In this document: piece by piece, positions 16,776 through 26,553 of the stretch | How the letters are laid out: each line of letters opens with the position of its first letter | Numbering within the stretch: position 1 is the stretch's first letter | Assembly: GCA_964366905.1 (NCBI GenBank) | Contig: CAYIVQ010000003.1 | Coordinates: 1-39,180, forward strand | Length of the DNA stretch: 39,180 nt | Direction: 5' to 3' | DNA from: an uncultured Candidatus Saccharibacteria bacterium | GTDB taxonomy: Bacteria > Patescibacteriota > Minisyncoccia > GWC2-36-17 > WO2-46-25 | Translations under genes and position numbers: made by a program | The notes under the pieces: generated by a model | Database searches by the model: none | The model's input: the letters and a program-made list of their open reading frames with translations, nothing else | Told to the model about the DNA's origin: nothing

Positions 16776-17723
16776 ATGCTAATTATTTTGCATGGTGAAA
16801 ATAGTTTTTTAAGCAGGCGAAAGCTTAACGAGATAATTGAGCAGTATCGCGCCAAGCATAAAAGCGGGTTGAATTTTGTCGTATTTGAAGGAGCAGTTGA
16901 TTTATTTGATTTCAAGACGGCTTGGGAAACGGTTTCAATGTTTTCTGAAAAAAAACTGATTGTTTTAAAAGACGCTTTTGCCGCCAAAAAAAATAATGCC
17001 GACATTTTGGATTATTTAAAATCAAGAATGGAAGAGACAGGGAAGGACAAAGACAGAGTGATAGTATTTTCAGAAAGTGAAAGTTTGGAAGAAAAGAAAA
17101 ATAAAGAATTGAAATGGCTGTTTGACGCCGCTTATATGGCTCAAGAATCGCAGAATCTTTCCGGCGCGAAGCTGGCGGCATGGATAACGCAAGAAGCCGC
17201 TCAAATTGGAGGCAAAATCAATGAAAAAGAAGCTCAAACTCTGATAGCTTTTTGCGGTAATGATTTATGGCGGCTTTCCAATGAGATAAGTAAACTAGTA
17301 AGTTACAATAAAATTATTACCGTTGATAATATACGATTACTCGCGCATGAAAATACGGAAGCGAAAATATTTGACGCGCTGGACGCGCTGGTGAACGGCG
17401 ACAAGAAAAAATCCACAGAGCATTTTTATAAAGTTTCAAAAAGCGGGGAAGATTGGGTGAGGGTGTTTGCTCTTATAGTTTCTCAATTTCGCAATCTGTT
17501 GAAAATCAAAGCATTGGCGGAAGAAAAACTCCCGCAGGCCAGCATTGCCGAGAAGCTGAAAATGCATCCGTTTGTCGTTAAAAAACTTTTGCCCGTTGTT
17601 TCAAAACACTCTCTTTCGGATTTAAAAGAAAAATATAAAAGCCTGCTTGAAGCAGACTTTAATATGAAAACAGGCAGAGATAATTTTCAGGCAGTATTGG
17701 AGAAGCTTATACTGGAAATCTGA
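16776..17723 (+). CDS. holA: DNA polymerase III subunit delta
   Basis: MLIILHGENSFL start, with size and helical C-terminal features typical of HolA. The ORF-track start at 16737 lies inside the upstream hairpin region. Confidence 0.7.
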   Translation: MLIILHGENSFLSRRKLNEIIEQYRAKHKSGLNFVVFEGAVDLFDFKTAWETVSMFSEKKLIVLKDAFAAKKNNADILDYLKSRMEETGKDKDRVIVFSESESLEEKKNKELKWLFDAAYMAQESQNLSGAKLAAWITQEAAQIGGKINEKEAQTLIAFCGNDLWRLSNEISKLVSYNKIITVDNIRLLAHENTEAKIFDALDALVNGDKKKSTEHFYKVSKSGEDWVRVFALIVSQFRNLLKIKALAEEKLPQASIAEKLKMHPFVVKKLLPVVSKHSLSDLKEKYKSLLEADFNMKTGRDNFQAVLEKLILEI

Positions 17724-17724
17724 T

Positions 17725-17997
17725 TTATTTCTTTGCGGTTAAATTATTGACCAACACGGTAATTCTGGATTTCTTTCTTGACGCCTTATTTTTGTGAATA
17801 ATGTGCTCTTTCGCCGCTTTATCGAGAGCTTTATAAATCCGCGGCAACACTGCTTTGGCCTCTTCTATTTTTTTCGCGGAAGCGAGCTTTTTGAATTCCC
17901 CCATAAGAAGGCGAATTTTATTCAAATAAACCAAATTCCGCGTTCTTTTGCGCTTGCTTTGTCTCAATGCTTTTTTAGCTGAAGTTGTGATAGGCAT
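17725..17997 (-). CDS. rpsT: 30S ribosomal protein S20
   Basis: MPITTSAKKALRQSKRKRTRN... is a basic 90-aa protein with the canonical S20 N-terminus. Confidence 0.92.
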   Translation of the reverse strand: MPITTSAKKALRQSKRKRTRNLVYLNKIRLLMGEFKKLASAKKIEEAKAVLPRIYKALDKAAKEHIIHKNKASRKKSRITVLVNNLTAKK

Positions 17998-18098
17998 GAT
18001 AAAAAATAAATGAATTTTGAATTATTACCATACTTTACACTAAAACATAAAAGAATGCAAGACTTTCGGTGTTAACATTTTTTTGATATAATCGTTGC

Positions 18099-19712
18099 AT
18101 GTCTAAATATATTTTTGTTACCGGCGGAGTCTGTTCGGGTTTAGGGAAGGGAATCGCAGGCGCTTCTATTGGGATGCTGCTTAAAGCTGCCGGCCATAAG
18201 GTAGTCATTCAGAAGCTTGACCCTTATCTGAATGTCGACCCGGGCACGATGAATCCTTATCAGCACGGCGAGGTTTTTGTAACTCATGATGGCGCCGAAA
18301 CTGATCTTGATTTGGGACATTACGAACGGTTCATTGATGAGGAATTCACATCGCTCTCAAGCGTCTCCACCGGACAGATATATAAAAAAGTGCTGGAAGA
18401 CGAGCGCGAAGGCGTGTTTTTGGGGAAAACCATACAGATAATCCCGCATATTACCAATACCATTAAGAGCTATATTCGCAACTGCGCCGAAAAGTCAAAA
18501 GCGGGCATAATGATTTGTGAAATAGGGGGAACGGTTGGAGACATTGAAGCGGAGCCGTATCTCGAAGCGGCAAGACAAATGCACAACGAAGAAGGCCATC
18601 ATAACGTTATGTTTGTTCACTTGGTGCTTCTGCCTTATCTGAAAAGCTCAGATGAGCTGAAAACAAAACCTGCCCAAGGATCTGTTAGGGAATTAAGAAG
18701 GATCGGCATAAACGCCGATGTAATTTTATGCCGTTACGATGAAGCGATAAGAGAAGAGCATCTGGAAAAAATAGCATTGTTTTGCGATGTTAAGCGTGAA
18801 GCGGTGATCCCCGCGCCGACAGTTGATTCTATTTATCAAGTGCCGGTAAATTTCCACTCTTTTAATATCACAAAGCAGATATCGGATCATCTGCGGCTGG
18901 ACTATAAAGAGCCGGAGATTGAAGAGTGGAGAATTTTCGTGAAGAAGGTTTGCAATAATCTTCCGAGTTTGAAAATCGCGCTTGTCGGGAAATACACGGA
19001 ACTCAAAGACGCGTATTTGAGTGTTGTGGAAGCGGTAAAATCCGCCGGTTATTTTAATAATGTGAAAACGGAATTGATTTGGATTGACTCGGAAAAAATT
19101 GAAAAAGGCGGTGACGCGGAACAAGACGAGATGAAAAAACTCAAAGAGGCGACCGGTATTGTTGTTATGGGCGGTTTCGGCAAGCGCGGCATAGAAGGAA
19201 AAATTACGGTTGCCAAATATGCCAGAGAAAATAATGTGCCTTATTTGGGTATTTGTCTTGGCATGCAAATTGCCGCAATTGAATTCGCGAGAAATGTTTT
19301 AGGATTGGAGAAGTCCGACTCTACGGAGTTTAACGCGGAAACGCCGGATCCGGTGATTTATCTTATGCCGGGCCAGAGAAATATTTATAAAAAAGGCGGC
19401 ACTATGCGGCTGGGCGATTATGAATGCGACTTGAGAAAAGATTCAAAGAGTTTCTTAGCTTACGAGGAAGAAAAAATTACAGAACGCCATCGCCACAGAT
19501 ACGAATTTAACAATGATTATAAGGAAAGATTTGAAAACGCAGGGATGGTTGTCTCGGGAACCAATCCGGACAGCGGACTTTGCGAAATACTGGAAAATAT
19601 CAATCATCCGTGGTTTGTCGGTGTTCAGTTCCATCCGGAATTCAAGTCCCGTCCTCTGCGCCCGCATCCATTATTCAGGGATTTTATTAAATCTGCTCGA
19701 GAACCCCGTTAG
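18099..19712 (+). CDS. pyrG: CTP synthase
   Basis: KYIFVTGGVCSGLGKG, the GICLGMQ glutaminase nucleophile and the HRHRYEFN / QFHPEF motifs are present. Confidence 0.95.
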   Translation: MSKYIFVTGGVCSGLGKGIAGASIGMLLKAAGHKVVIQKLDPYLNVDPGTMNPYQHGEVFVTHDGAETDLDLGHYERFIDEEFTSLSSVSTGQIYKKVLEDEREGVFLGKTIQIIPHITNTIKSYIRNCAEKSKAGIMICEIGGTVGDIEAEPYLEAARQMHNEEGHHNVMFVHLVLLPYLKSSDELKTKPAQGSVRELRRIGINADVILCRYDEAIREEHLEKIALFCDVKREAVIPAPTVDSIYQVPVNFHSFNITKQISDHLRLDYKEPEIEEWRIFVKKVCNNLPSLKIALVGKYTELKDAYLSVVEAVKSAGYFNNVKTELIWIDSEKIEKGGDAEQDEMKKLKEATGIVVMGGFGKRGIEGKITVAKYARENNVPYLGICLGMQIAAIEFARNVLGLEKSDSTEFNAETPDPVIYLMPGQRNIYKKGGTMRLGDYECDLRKDSKSFLAYEEEKITERHRHRYEFNNDYKERFENAGMVVSGTNPDSGLCEILENINHPWFVGVQFHPEFKSRPLRPHPLFRDFIKSAREPR

Positions 19713-19805
19713 AAGTTCAGAGAAGGTTTATTTTAAAATATCGGCATAAGGCGAAGCCACCTTTACGGCTCCCCTGATTTTATCTTATGAGAATTTCTAA
19801 AACTT

Positions 19806-19835
19806 CTAACGGGGTTGACAGTTTAGCCAAAGCAG
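19806..19835 (+). promoter_or_regulatory. Putative promoter for the small Cys-rich ORF
   Basis: TTGACA (19806-19811), an 18-nt spacer, then an extended -10, TGaTATATT (19827-19835). Confidence 0.45.
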
Positions 19836-19967
19836 TGATATATTATATTCATAATATAGTTCTTTTAGAACAGAAAGGAGGTATTTCGGATCAAATCATT
19901 CCTAACCCTTCATCTTGCGGCTACTTCTAGAAATCGGGTAATTACAGGTAGAAAGGAGGTGAGAGGA

Positions 19968-20159
19968 ATGGAAATAACAACAGATGTTAATAGTAGATTG
20001 CCGAAAGCAACAATGATTTTTGACGAGGATCGTCGCAGATGTTCTAAGGAGGCAGGAGATCCTCAAGGTGGTTGCAAATATAACCATCTAAATTGTCCGC
20101 GCCAGTATTCAATGTTCAGCGCGAAAAATTGCGCGAAATATGCTCCAATGCAATCTTAA
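19968..20159 (+). CDS. Orphan small Cys-rich protein (63 aa)
   Basis: A strong SD (GAAAGGAGGTGAGAGGA) precedes the ATG at 19968. The product is MEITTDVNSRLPKATMIFDEDRRRCSKEAGDPQGGCKYNHLNCPRQYSMFSAKNCAKYAPMQS, with four Cys. No family was recognised. Confidence 0.45.
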   Translation: MEITTDVNSRLPKATMIFDEDRRRCSKEAGDPQGGCKYNHLNCPRQYSMFSAKNCAKYAPMQS

Positions 20160-20306
20160 GTGAGGGAGAAGCTTAGGGAGGGGTGAGCTTGTCACAACCC
20201 CCTCCGTTGTGAGCTCTCTCACTCTGCGACCGAAAAAGGTCGCAGGTGAAATAACAGGATTTAAATGATCCTGGGGGAGGTGGGTATAAATAGGACGTAT
20301 CCTATT

Positions 20307-22304
20307 TTACTCCCTCCCTTTTATAATTTTCGCAACAACATCTTTAAGCCGCTGAGCTTTTTGGAAATCAAGCTCTTTCGCGGCTTTTTTTATTTCTTTT
20401 TGGTAGCTGGCGATTATTTTCTTAATATCTCTGGTTTCCGCTAAAAGTCCCATGGGAATCATTTCCAATTCTTTTTCCAGCTCCGCTTCTTTTCTCTCTT
20501 CTGAAATAAGTTCTTGTCTGATTGCTTTTTGAATTTGTCGCGGCGTTATGCCGTGCTTTTTATTGTATTCTTCCTGAATCTTGCGGCGACGGTAGGTTTC
20601 TTCAATAGCCGTTTTTATTGATTTAGTGATATGGTCAGCATACATTATTACCGCGCCTTCAATATGGCGCGCCGCTCTGCCGATGGTTTGTATCAGCGAA
20701 GTCCTGTTTCTCAAAAATCCTTCTTTGTCGGCATCAAGTATGGCGACTAGCGCCACTTCCGGCAAGTCCAACCCTTCGCGCAGTAAATTCACCCCAACAA
20801 TCACCTGATATTCGCCTGTTCGCAGGCCGGTGAGTATTTTAGATCTTTCAAACGTTTTAATCTCCGAGTGCAAATACTGGACTCTTATACCTTCTTCTTT
20901 CAAGAAATCCGCCAAATCTTCCGCCATTCTTTTCGTGAGCACAGTTACCAACACCCGCTGATCTTTTTTCATTCTCAACTTAATTTCTTTAGTTAAATCC
21001 TTAATTTGATTTTCGGATTTTCGTACTGATATTTTCGGGTCTAAAAGCCCAGTCGGCCGGACAATTTGCTCGGTAATTTCTTTGCCAGATTTTTCCAATT
21101 CATAAACTTCCGGTGTGGCGGACATATATATCGTCTGCGGAGCTTTTTGCTCAAATTCTTTAAATCTCAACGGACGATTGTCTAGCGCGGATGGCAAGCG
21201 AAATCCATATTCAATCAAAGTTTCTTTTCTTGACCTGTCGCCGTGATACATTCCGCGGATTTGCGGCATTGTCATATGCGATTCATCTATCACCGTTAGA
21301 AAATTATTTCCATAAGCGTGGCGGAAATAATCCAATAAAGTATAAGGCGGCGAATCCGGCTCGCGGAATTCCATATGGCGGGAATAATTTTCAATTCCGT
21401 GGCAATAGCCGGCGCTTTTCAGCATTTCCATATCAAATCGCGTTCTCTGCTCTATCCTTTGCGCTTCCAGAAGCTTGTTTTGCTCCTTTAGGATTTTAAG
21501 TCGGCCTTGAAGTTCGTTTTCAATATTTACGAGAGCGACAGGAAGCGCCTTAGCTTCCGAAACCCAATACTTGGCGGGAAAAATTTTTATTTCTTTTCGC
21601 GCTAACCATTGTGGTTGGAGAAAATTTTCCGCAGTCATGATTTGAACTATTTTTTGCCCTTCCCAAATCAATCGTACAATTTCTTTGCCGTTTGGAGAAA
21701 TGACTTGCGCAATTTCTCCTTTAGCCTGAAAAGTGCCGGGGATTTTTTCTATTTCGTTTCGCTGATATTGCAAAGAAACCAAATGTTTGAGAAATTCTTT
21801 TTGGGCGATTGTCTGCCCGCAGGATATTTGCAAGCTCATTTTTTGATAATTTTCCGGCGAGCCGATGTTGTATATGCAAGACACCGATGCCACTACAACA
21901 GCGTCATTTCTTGTCAGCACCGCTTGAGTTGCTTCGTGGCGCAAGCGGTCCAGCTGTTCGTTTATTTTCACATCTTTATCTATATATGTGTCTGTTTGAG
22001 GAATATACGCTTCCGGTTGATAGTAGTCATAATAACTGACAAAATAATGCACCGAATTTTCCGGCATAAATTCCTTGAATTCCTGATAAAGTTGGAAAGC
22101 GAGGGTTTTATTGTGAGAAATAACAAGCGCCGGTTTTTGCGTTTGAGCGATGACATTGGCGGCAGTAAATGTTTTCCCTGACCCGGTCACTCCGAGCAAG
22201 GTTTGATGAGGAACTCCGGAATTTATGCCAAAAGACAGCTTTTCTATGGCTTTTTGCTGGTCGCCGGATGGCGCGAACGGAGATTTTATTTTAAATAAAG
22301 GCAT
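20307..22304 (-). CDS. uvrB: Excinuclease ABC subunit B
   Basis: GVTGSGKTFT Walker A, the DESH box (VIDESHMT), helicase motifs and the C-terminal UVR domain (ELDFQKAQRLKD). Confidence 0.95.
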   Translation of the reverse strand: MPLFKIKSPFAPSGDQQKAIEKLSFGINSGVPHQTLLGVTGSGKTFTAANVIAQTQKPALVISHNKTLAFQLYQEFKEFMPENSVHYFVSYYDYYQPEAYIPQTDTYIDKDVKINEQLDRLRHEATQAVLTRNDAVVVASVSCIYNIGSPENYQKMSLQISCGQTIAQKEFLKHLVSLQYQRNEIEKIPGTFQAKGEIAQVISPNGKEIVRLIWEGQKIVQIMTAENFLQPQWLARKEIKIFPAKYWVSEAKALPVALVNIENELQGRLKILKEQNKLLEAQRIEQRTRFDMEMLKSAGYCHGIENYSRHMEFREPDSPPYTLLDYFRHAYGNNFLTVIDESHMTMPQIRGMYHGDRSRKETLIEYGFRLPSALDNRPLRFKEFEQKAPQTIYMSATPEVYELEKSGKEITEQIVRPTGLLDPKISVRKSENQIKDLTKEIKLRMKKDQRVLVTVLTKRMAEDLADFLKEEGIRVQYLHSEIKTFERSKILTGLRTGEYQVIVGVNLLREGLDLPEVALVAILDADKEGFLRNRTSLIQTIGRAARHIEGAVIMYADHITKSIKTAIEETYRRRKIQEEYNKKHGITPRQIQKAIRQELISEERKEAELEKELEMIPMGLLAETRDIKKIIASYQKEIKKAAKELDFQKAQRLKDVVAKIIKGRE

Positions 22305-22357
22305 TTGAGTAACTAGGTGTTTTAGGTTATTATTGGAAGAACAAGGATTTAAGATTT

Positions 22358-22936
22358 ATGATTTCATATTTAGAGGGCAAATTAATATCGAAAAATGATA
22401 AATGCGCGACTGTGCTGGTGGGCGGCATTGGCTACAAAGTTTTCATGTCCGCGGAGGCACTTAAAAAAATACAACAATCAGACGAGGATGTCAAAATATT
22501 CACTTATTTAAATGTTCGGGAAGACGCGCTGGACTTATATGGTTTTTTGACGGAACAGGAAAAAGAATTATTTGAAATGCTCATTATGGTTTCCGGAGTC
22601 GGCCCTAAAAGCGCGTTGGCCATTCTCGCTCTTGGCGATCCGGCGGCGCTGGCGGGGGCAATCTCGCGGGAAGATATCAAGTTTTTAACCGAAGTTGCCG
22701 GAATCGGGACGAAAACGGCTAAAAAGATATCTGTGGAATTAAAAGATAAAGTCGCTGGTTTGAGTTTTGAGTTAGGAGAAGACGCTTACGCTTCATCTGA
22801 TGCCGAAGCAATAGAAGTGCTAACGACGCTCGGATGGTCCAATAAGGAAGCGAGAGAAGCTCTGCAGCGCGTCCCGCGAGAAATCATTAGCGCCGAACAG
22901 CGCGTCAAAGAAGCGATGAAATTACTGGGGAGATAA
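22358..22936 (+). CDS. ruvA: Holliday junction branch migration protein RuvA
   Basis: MISYLEGKL..., the GIGYKV OB domain and tandem HhH motifs (VSGVGPKSALAIL and VAGIGTKTAKKI). Confidence 0.9.
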   Translation: MISYLEGKLISKNDKCATVLVGGIGYKVFMSAEALKKIQQSDEDVKIFTYLNVREDALDLYGFLTEQEKELFEMLIMVSGVGPKSALAILALGDPAALAGAISREDIKFLTEVAGIGTKTAKKISVELKDKVAGLSFELGEDAYASSDAEAIEVLTTLGWSNKEAREALQRVPREIISAEQRVKEAMKLLGR

Positions 22937-22938
22937 CA

Positions 22939-23976
22939 ATGGAATTTTTACTTAATTCGATAATTAAAAAAGAAGAGTGGAACCACTTTGTTTTGGAAAA
23001 CGGCGGGAGCTTTTTGCAGTCGTGGGAGTGGGGGAGTTTTCAGCAGAAATCCGGCAAGGAAGTTGCGAGGGTTTGCGTTCAAGAAGATGGGAGAATTTTG
23101 CTCACGGCGCAGATTATGCGTTACAGCCTGCCTTTCGGCAAAAGTTACATTTATATTCCTTATGGGCCGATGGTTTCAAAGAACGCTGATAATCCGCCAG
23201 AGCTGATTGATTTTTTTGTCAGTGAATTGCGGCAGTCAAATATTATTGGCAAAGGAATAATTTTTTTAAAAATTGAACCGGATGAAAATTTTACCCCTGA
23301 TTTAACCGTCGTTGGGCTTAACAAATCGGATAAAGATATACAGGCGAGAGAAACTCTTATCTTAGACATATCAAAACCGGAAGAGGAATTGCTGGCGCAA
23401 ATGAAACAAAAAACAAGATATAATATCAATCTTGCCCGGCGGCACGGCGTAGAGATAATCAGCATTGACGACGAGAAAAAAGCGAAAGAAACATTTTTAT
23501 CTCTTTTATTTGAGACGGCAAAAAGAAATAATTTCAGGACTCATCCGGAAAAATATTATGTTGAAATGACGGAAATGTTTCTCAATAATCGCGCGGCAGG
23601 AGAAATTTTCTCCGAGCGGCTGTTTTTCGCGAGATATCAGGGGAAAATTATAACGGCGGCTCTCATCGGTTTTTTCGGCGGCAGAGCGACGTATCTCCAT
23701 GGGGGCTCTTCAGATGAATATAAAAATATTATGGCTCCGAACCTTTTGCATTGGGAAATAATCAAGGCTTCAAAGCACCTTGGGTTTTCCGAATATGATT
23801 TTTGGGGCATTGCCACCGATAAAACCGATTCCAGACAAAAGCAAAAATGGGAAGGATTTTCCAGATTTAAAATGGGATTTGGCGGACGAATCGTAGAATA
23901 TCAAGGAGCGTATGATTTGGCGTTTGATAAAATATGGTATAATGTGTACAGAATAATAAGGCGAATTATGAATTAA
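22939..23976 (+). CDS. FemAB/FemX family peptidoglycan aminoacyl-transferase (aminoacyl-tRNA dependent)
   Basis: FLQSWEWGSFQ, TRYNINLARRHG and YLHGGSSDEY/NLLHWE motifs are typical of lipid II:amino-acid transferases. Confidence 0.8.
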   Translation: MEFLLNSIIKKEEWNHFVLENGGSFLQSWEWGSFQQKSGKEVARVCVQEDGRILLTAQIMRYSLPFGKSYIYIPYGPMVSKNADNPPELIDFFVSELRQSNIIGKGIIFLKIEPDENFTPDLTVVGLNKSDKDIQARETLILDISKPEEELLAQMKQKTRYNINLARRHGVEIISIDDEKKAKETFLSLLFETAKRNNFRTHPEKYYVEMTEMFLNNRAAGEIFSERLFFARYQGKIITAALIGFFGGRATYLHGGSSDEYKNIMAPNLLHWEIIKASKHLGFSEYDFWGIATDKTDSRQKQKWEGFSRFKMGFGGRIVEYQGAYDLAFDKIWYNVYRIIRRIMN

Positions 23977-24027
23977 AAATTATGAATTAAAAATCTTGCA
24001 AAAATGTTTTTCCGTAATTCATAATTT

Positions 24028-25395
24028 ATGCTTCGTAATTCTTGTATTCCGATGTTTCTAAAACCTTTCATAAAATCCATCACTCCGGCGTTCGCGCTCT
24101 CCGCCTATCACCTCTCATTGGCGTTTTTAGCCGCGGTGACATATGGCTTCCCATCTGAATCGATGGTTGTTATAGGCGTAACCGGCACCAAAGGAAAATC
24201 AACGACGATTTACGCGCTGGCAAAAATTTTGGAGCATGCCGGGCTGAATGTCGCGGTGTCGTCTTCGCTGATGTTTAAAATCAAAGAAAACGAATGGCTG
24301 AATCCGCATCATATGACGATGGCCGGCCGATTCAAGCTCCAGGAATTTTTATACAATGCCAAGCGGGCAGGCTGCCAATACGCGATAATTGAAACGACAT
24401 CGGAAGGCATCAAACAGCATCGTCATAGATTTATCAATTTTGATGTCGCTGTTTTTACCAATCTGACTCCCGAACATATAGAAGCCCATGGCGGATTTGA
24501 AAATTATAAAAAAGCGAAAGGCAAGCTTTTTGAAGCGCTTTCCGGCGCGAGACGCAAAATTGTGAATGGCAAAGCGGTTCCGAAAATTTCCGTATTGAAT
24601 GTGGATGACACGAATGTTGATTATTATATGAGCTTCAAAGCGGACAAGAAATACGGCTTTGGATTGAAAAATCAATGCAAGCTAAATGCCGATGAAAATA
24701 ATATCTGCCTTTTTCCTTCAAGCTATAATTCGGACAAAGAAGGCAATACTTTTATTTTAAACGATGTTTTTTTTAAAATTCCTTTGCTCGGCAGTTTTAA
24801 TGTTTATAACGCTCTTTGCTCGGCAGTCGCGGCAAAAAGTCTCGGAGTTGATTTTAAAATCGCTTCTGAAAGTTTGAAACATATTGAAGAAGTCCCTGGG
24901 AGAATGAAGTTTGTGAGAGTAGGGCAGAAATTCACCGCGATAATCGATCTTGCTCATACGCCGCCGTCTTTTCAGGAAATGTTTGGCACAGTCAGTCAAC
25001 TTCGCCAGCCAAACGGCAGAGTAATAGCGTTGTTTGGTTCCGCCGGAGGAGGCCGCGACAAGTGGAAAAGACCGGAACTCGGAAAGATTGCCGCTAAATA
25101 TTCCGATTACATTATTTTAACCAATGAAGACCCTTATGATGAAAATCCGGCGGATATTTTTTCAGCGATTGAAGACGGTATTAAGTCTGCCGGTTTTGCG
25201 GGCGTACTGGAAACAATTACTGACAGGCGGGTTGCCATAAGACGCGCCATAAATATTGCGCGCTGGAACGATATTGTGTTATTTTTAGGAAAAGGCACGG
25301 AACAGACGATGGTTGCCGGAGGCCAATCTCTTCCTTGGAACGAGGAAGAGGCGGTAATGATTGAAATTAGAAATATGCTTTATGACCGCAAATAA
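24028..25395 (+). CDS. murE: Mur ligase family protein, MurE-like (UDP-MurNAc-tripeptide synthetase)
   Basis: VIGVTGTKGKSTT P-loop, FTNLTPEHIEAHG, and LTNEDPYDENP in the position of the MurE TSDNPRxEDP motif. The N-terminal domain is short and hydrophobic. An alternative start lies at 24052. Confidence 0.65.
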   Translation: MLRNSCIPMFLKPFIKSITPAFALSAYHLSLAFLAAVTYGFPSESMVVIGVTGTKGKSTTIYALAKILEHAGLNVAVSSSLMFKIKENEWLNPHHMTMAGRFKLQEFLYNAKRAGCQYAIIETTSEGIKQHRHRFINFDVAVFTNLTPEHIEAHGGFENYKKAKGKLFEALSGARRKIVNGKAVPKISVLNVDDTNVDYYMSFKADKKYGFGLKNQCKLNADENNICLFPSSYNSDKEGNTFILNDVFFKIPLLGSFNVYNALCSAVAAKSLGVDFKIASESLKHIEEVPGRMKFVRVGQKFTAIIDLAHTPPSFQEMFGTVSQLRQPNGRVIALFGSAGGGRDKWKRPELGKIAAKYSDYIILTNEDPYDENPADIFSAIEDGIKSAGFAGVLETITDRRVAIRRAINIARWNDIVLFLGKGTEQTMVAGGQSLPWNEEEAVMIEIRNMLYDRK

Positions 25396-25903
25396 GAGTT
25401 CGCATATCGGCATTTTATTTTTGGTTCTTGTTTTTGCCGCAGTGATGTTCGGTTTCTTTTTTTATCTAAAGAAAGGGGTTGGCGGCAATATTGGTGATCC
25501 GGTTTTGCGGCCGAAAGCGCAGTTTCATGATAATATCAGATTAAAGACATTAATCGGGGGAGTTACTCTCGACACCGAAGTTGCCAAAAGCGATGCTAAA
25601 AGAAATGTCGGTTTGAGCGGGAGAAGCGGTTTATCGGGGAGCCAAGGAATGCTTTTTGTTTTTAACGGGTACGGCAAATATGCCATTTGGAATAAAGACA
25701 TGTTATTCCCGATAGATGTTTTATGGATTAAAGACGAGAAAATTGTTGATATTTATGAGAACATGGCGGCGACTTCCGCTGATTCTAAAAATATCATTGT
25801 AGCTCCAAAGCAAGATGCCAATTTCGTTTTGGAAGTGAATGCCGGATTCGTCAAAGAACATGGAATAAAAGTTAGTGATAAAATAGTATTTTCTTCAAAG
25901 TAA
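25382..25903 (+). CDS. DUF192 domain protein with N-terminal membrane anchor
   Basis: GLSGRSGLSGSQGMLFVF...MLFPIDVLWI...VLEVNAG is the DUF192 (COG1430) pattern. The start is taken at the ATG overlapping the murE-like stop region. Confidence 0.75.
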   Translation: MTANKSSHIGILFLVLVFAAVMFGFFFYLKKGVGGNIGDPVLRPKAQFHDNIRLKTLIGGVTLDTEVAKSDAKRNVGLSGRSGLSGSQGMLFVFNGYGKYAIWNKDMLFPIDVLWIKDEKIVDIYENMAATSADSKNIIVAPKQDANFVLEVNAGFVKEHGIKVSDKIVFSSK

Positions 25904-25987
25904 CAAATAGAAGTAAGATTTATGATTTAATATTTACGAATTTTCTATCATTATTCGTAAATCGTAATTCATAATTCGTGTCCCCCA

Positions 25988-26551
25988 ATGTCTCAATATA
26001 AACCGGCGGTTATTTCATTATTAGTAATAGCATTAATATTTATTGGTATTTATTTTATGGGTAAATCGCAAGGAACAAAAAAAGGAGTCGCTATTATTGA
26101 AACAAGCAAAGGTGTTATCAAAGTCCAGCTCTATCCGGAAGACGCGCCAAAAACAGTTCAAAATTTCGTCGGTTTAGCCGGCAACGGTTTTTATGACGGC
26201 TTGAAATTCCACAGAGTTGTTGATAAGTTTGTCATACAAGGAGGAGATCCTAAAGGAGACGGCACCGGCGGATCGGAAACAAATATACCTTTGGAAATTA
26301 AATGCCAAGATGGAGCGATGATAGAAGGTAAAACAGCCGACTGTCAGCCGAAGTTAACGCACAAAGACGGAGCATTAGCTATGGCGCGATCAATGGATCC
26401 GAATTCCGCCAGCTCGCAGTTCTATATTACTAATGGCGCTCAGCCGGATCTGGACGGAAAATACGCGGTGTTCGGATATGTAATAGAAGGATTGGATGTC
26501 GTGAGAAATATCAAGCAGGGAGATGAGATGAAAAAAGTTTACATCGAGTAG
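25988..26551 (+). CDS. Cyclophilin-type peptidyl-prolyl cis-trans isomerase, membrane-anchored
   Basis: [22 protein letters not shown] and SQFYIT...LDGKYAVFG motifs, with an N-terminal TM helix. Confidence 0.88.
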   Translation: MSQYKPAVISLLVIALIFIGIYFMGKSQGTKKGVAIIETSKGVIKVQLYPEDAPKTVQNFVGLAGNGFYDGLKFHRVVDKFVIQGGDPKGDGTGGSETNIPLEIKCQDGAMIEGKTADCQPKLTHKDGALAMARSMDPNSASSQFYITNGAQPDLDGKYAVFGYVIEGLDVVRNIKQGDEMKKVYIE

Positions 26552-26553
26552 CA

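Noticed and set aside
18726-19268. 180-aa antisense ORF inside pyrG. Similar long antisense ORFs occur inside uvrB (21609-22181), ileS (2807-3253, 4304-4660), the 5490 gene (6470-6901), murA (29392-29796) and elsewhere.
   Set aside because: Each lies entirely within a confidently identified gene on the other strand. They have low-complexity or biased composition, lack an SD and show no recognisable motifs. They are shadow ORFs.
23965-24027. Recurrent AT-rich motif ATTATGAAT / (C)GTAATTCAT(A/G)AT: a tandem 14-bp duplication at 23965-23992, with further copies near 24012, 25962, 27789 and 33779.
   Set aside because: The motif is short and low in complexity in an AT-rich genome. Some copies include stop or -10-like sequences (CATAAT), and positions relative to genes are inconsistent. 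I cannot separate it from chance or ordinary promoter and terminator sequence without genome-wide statistics.
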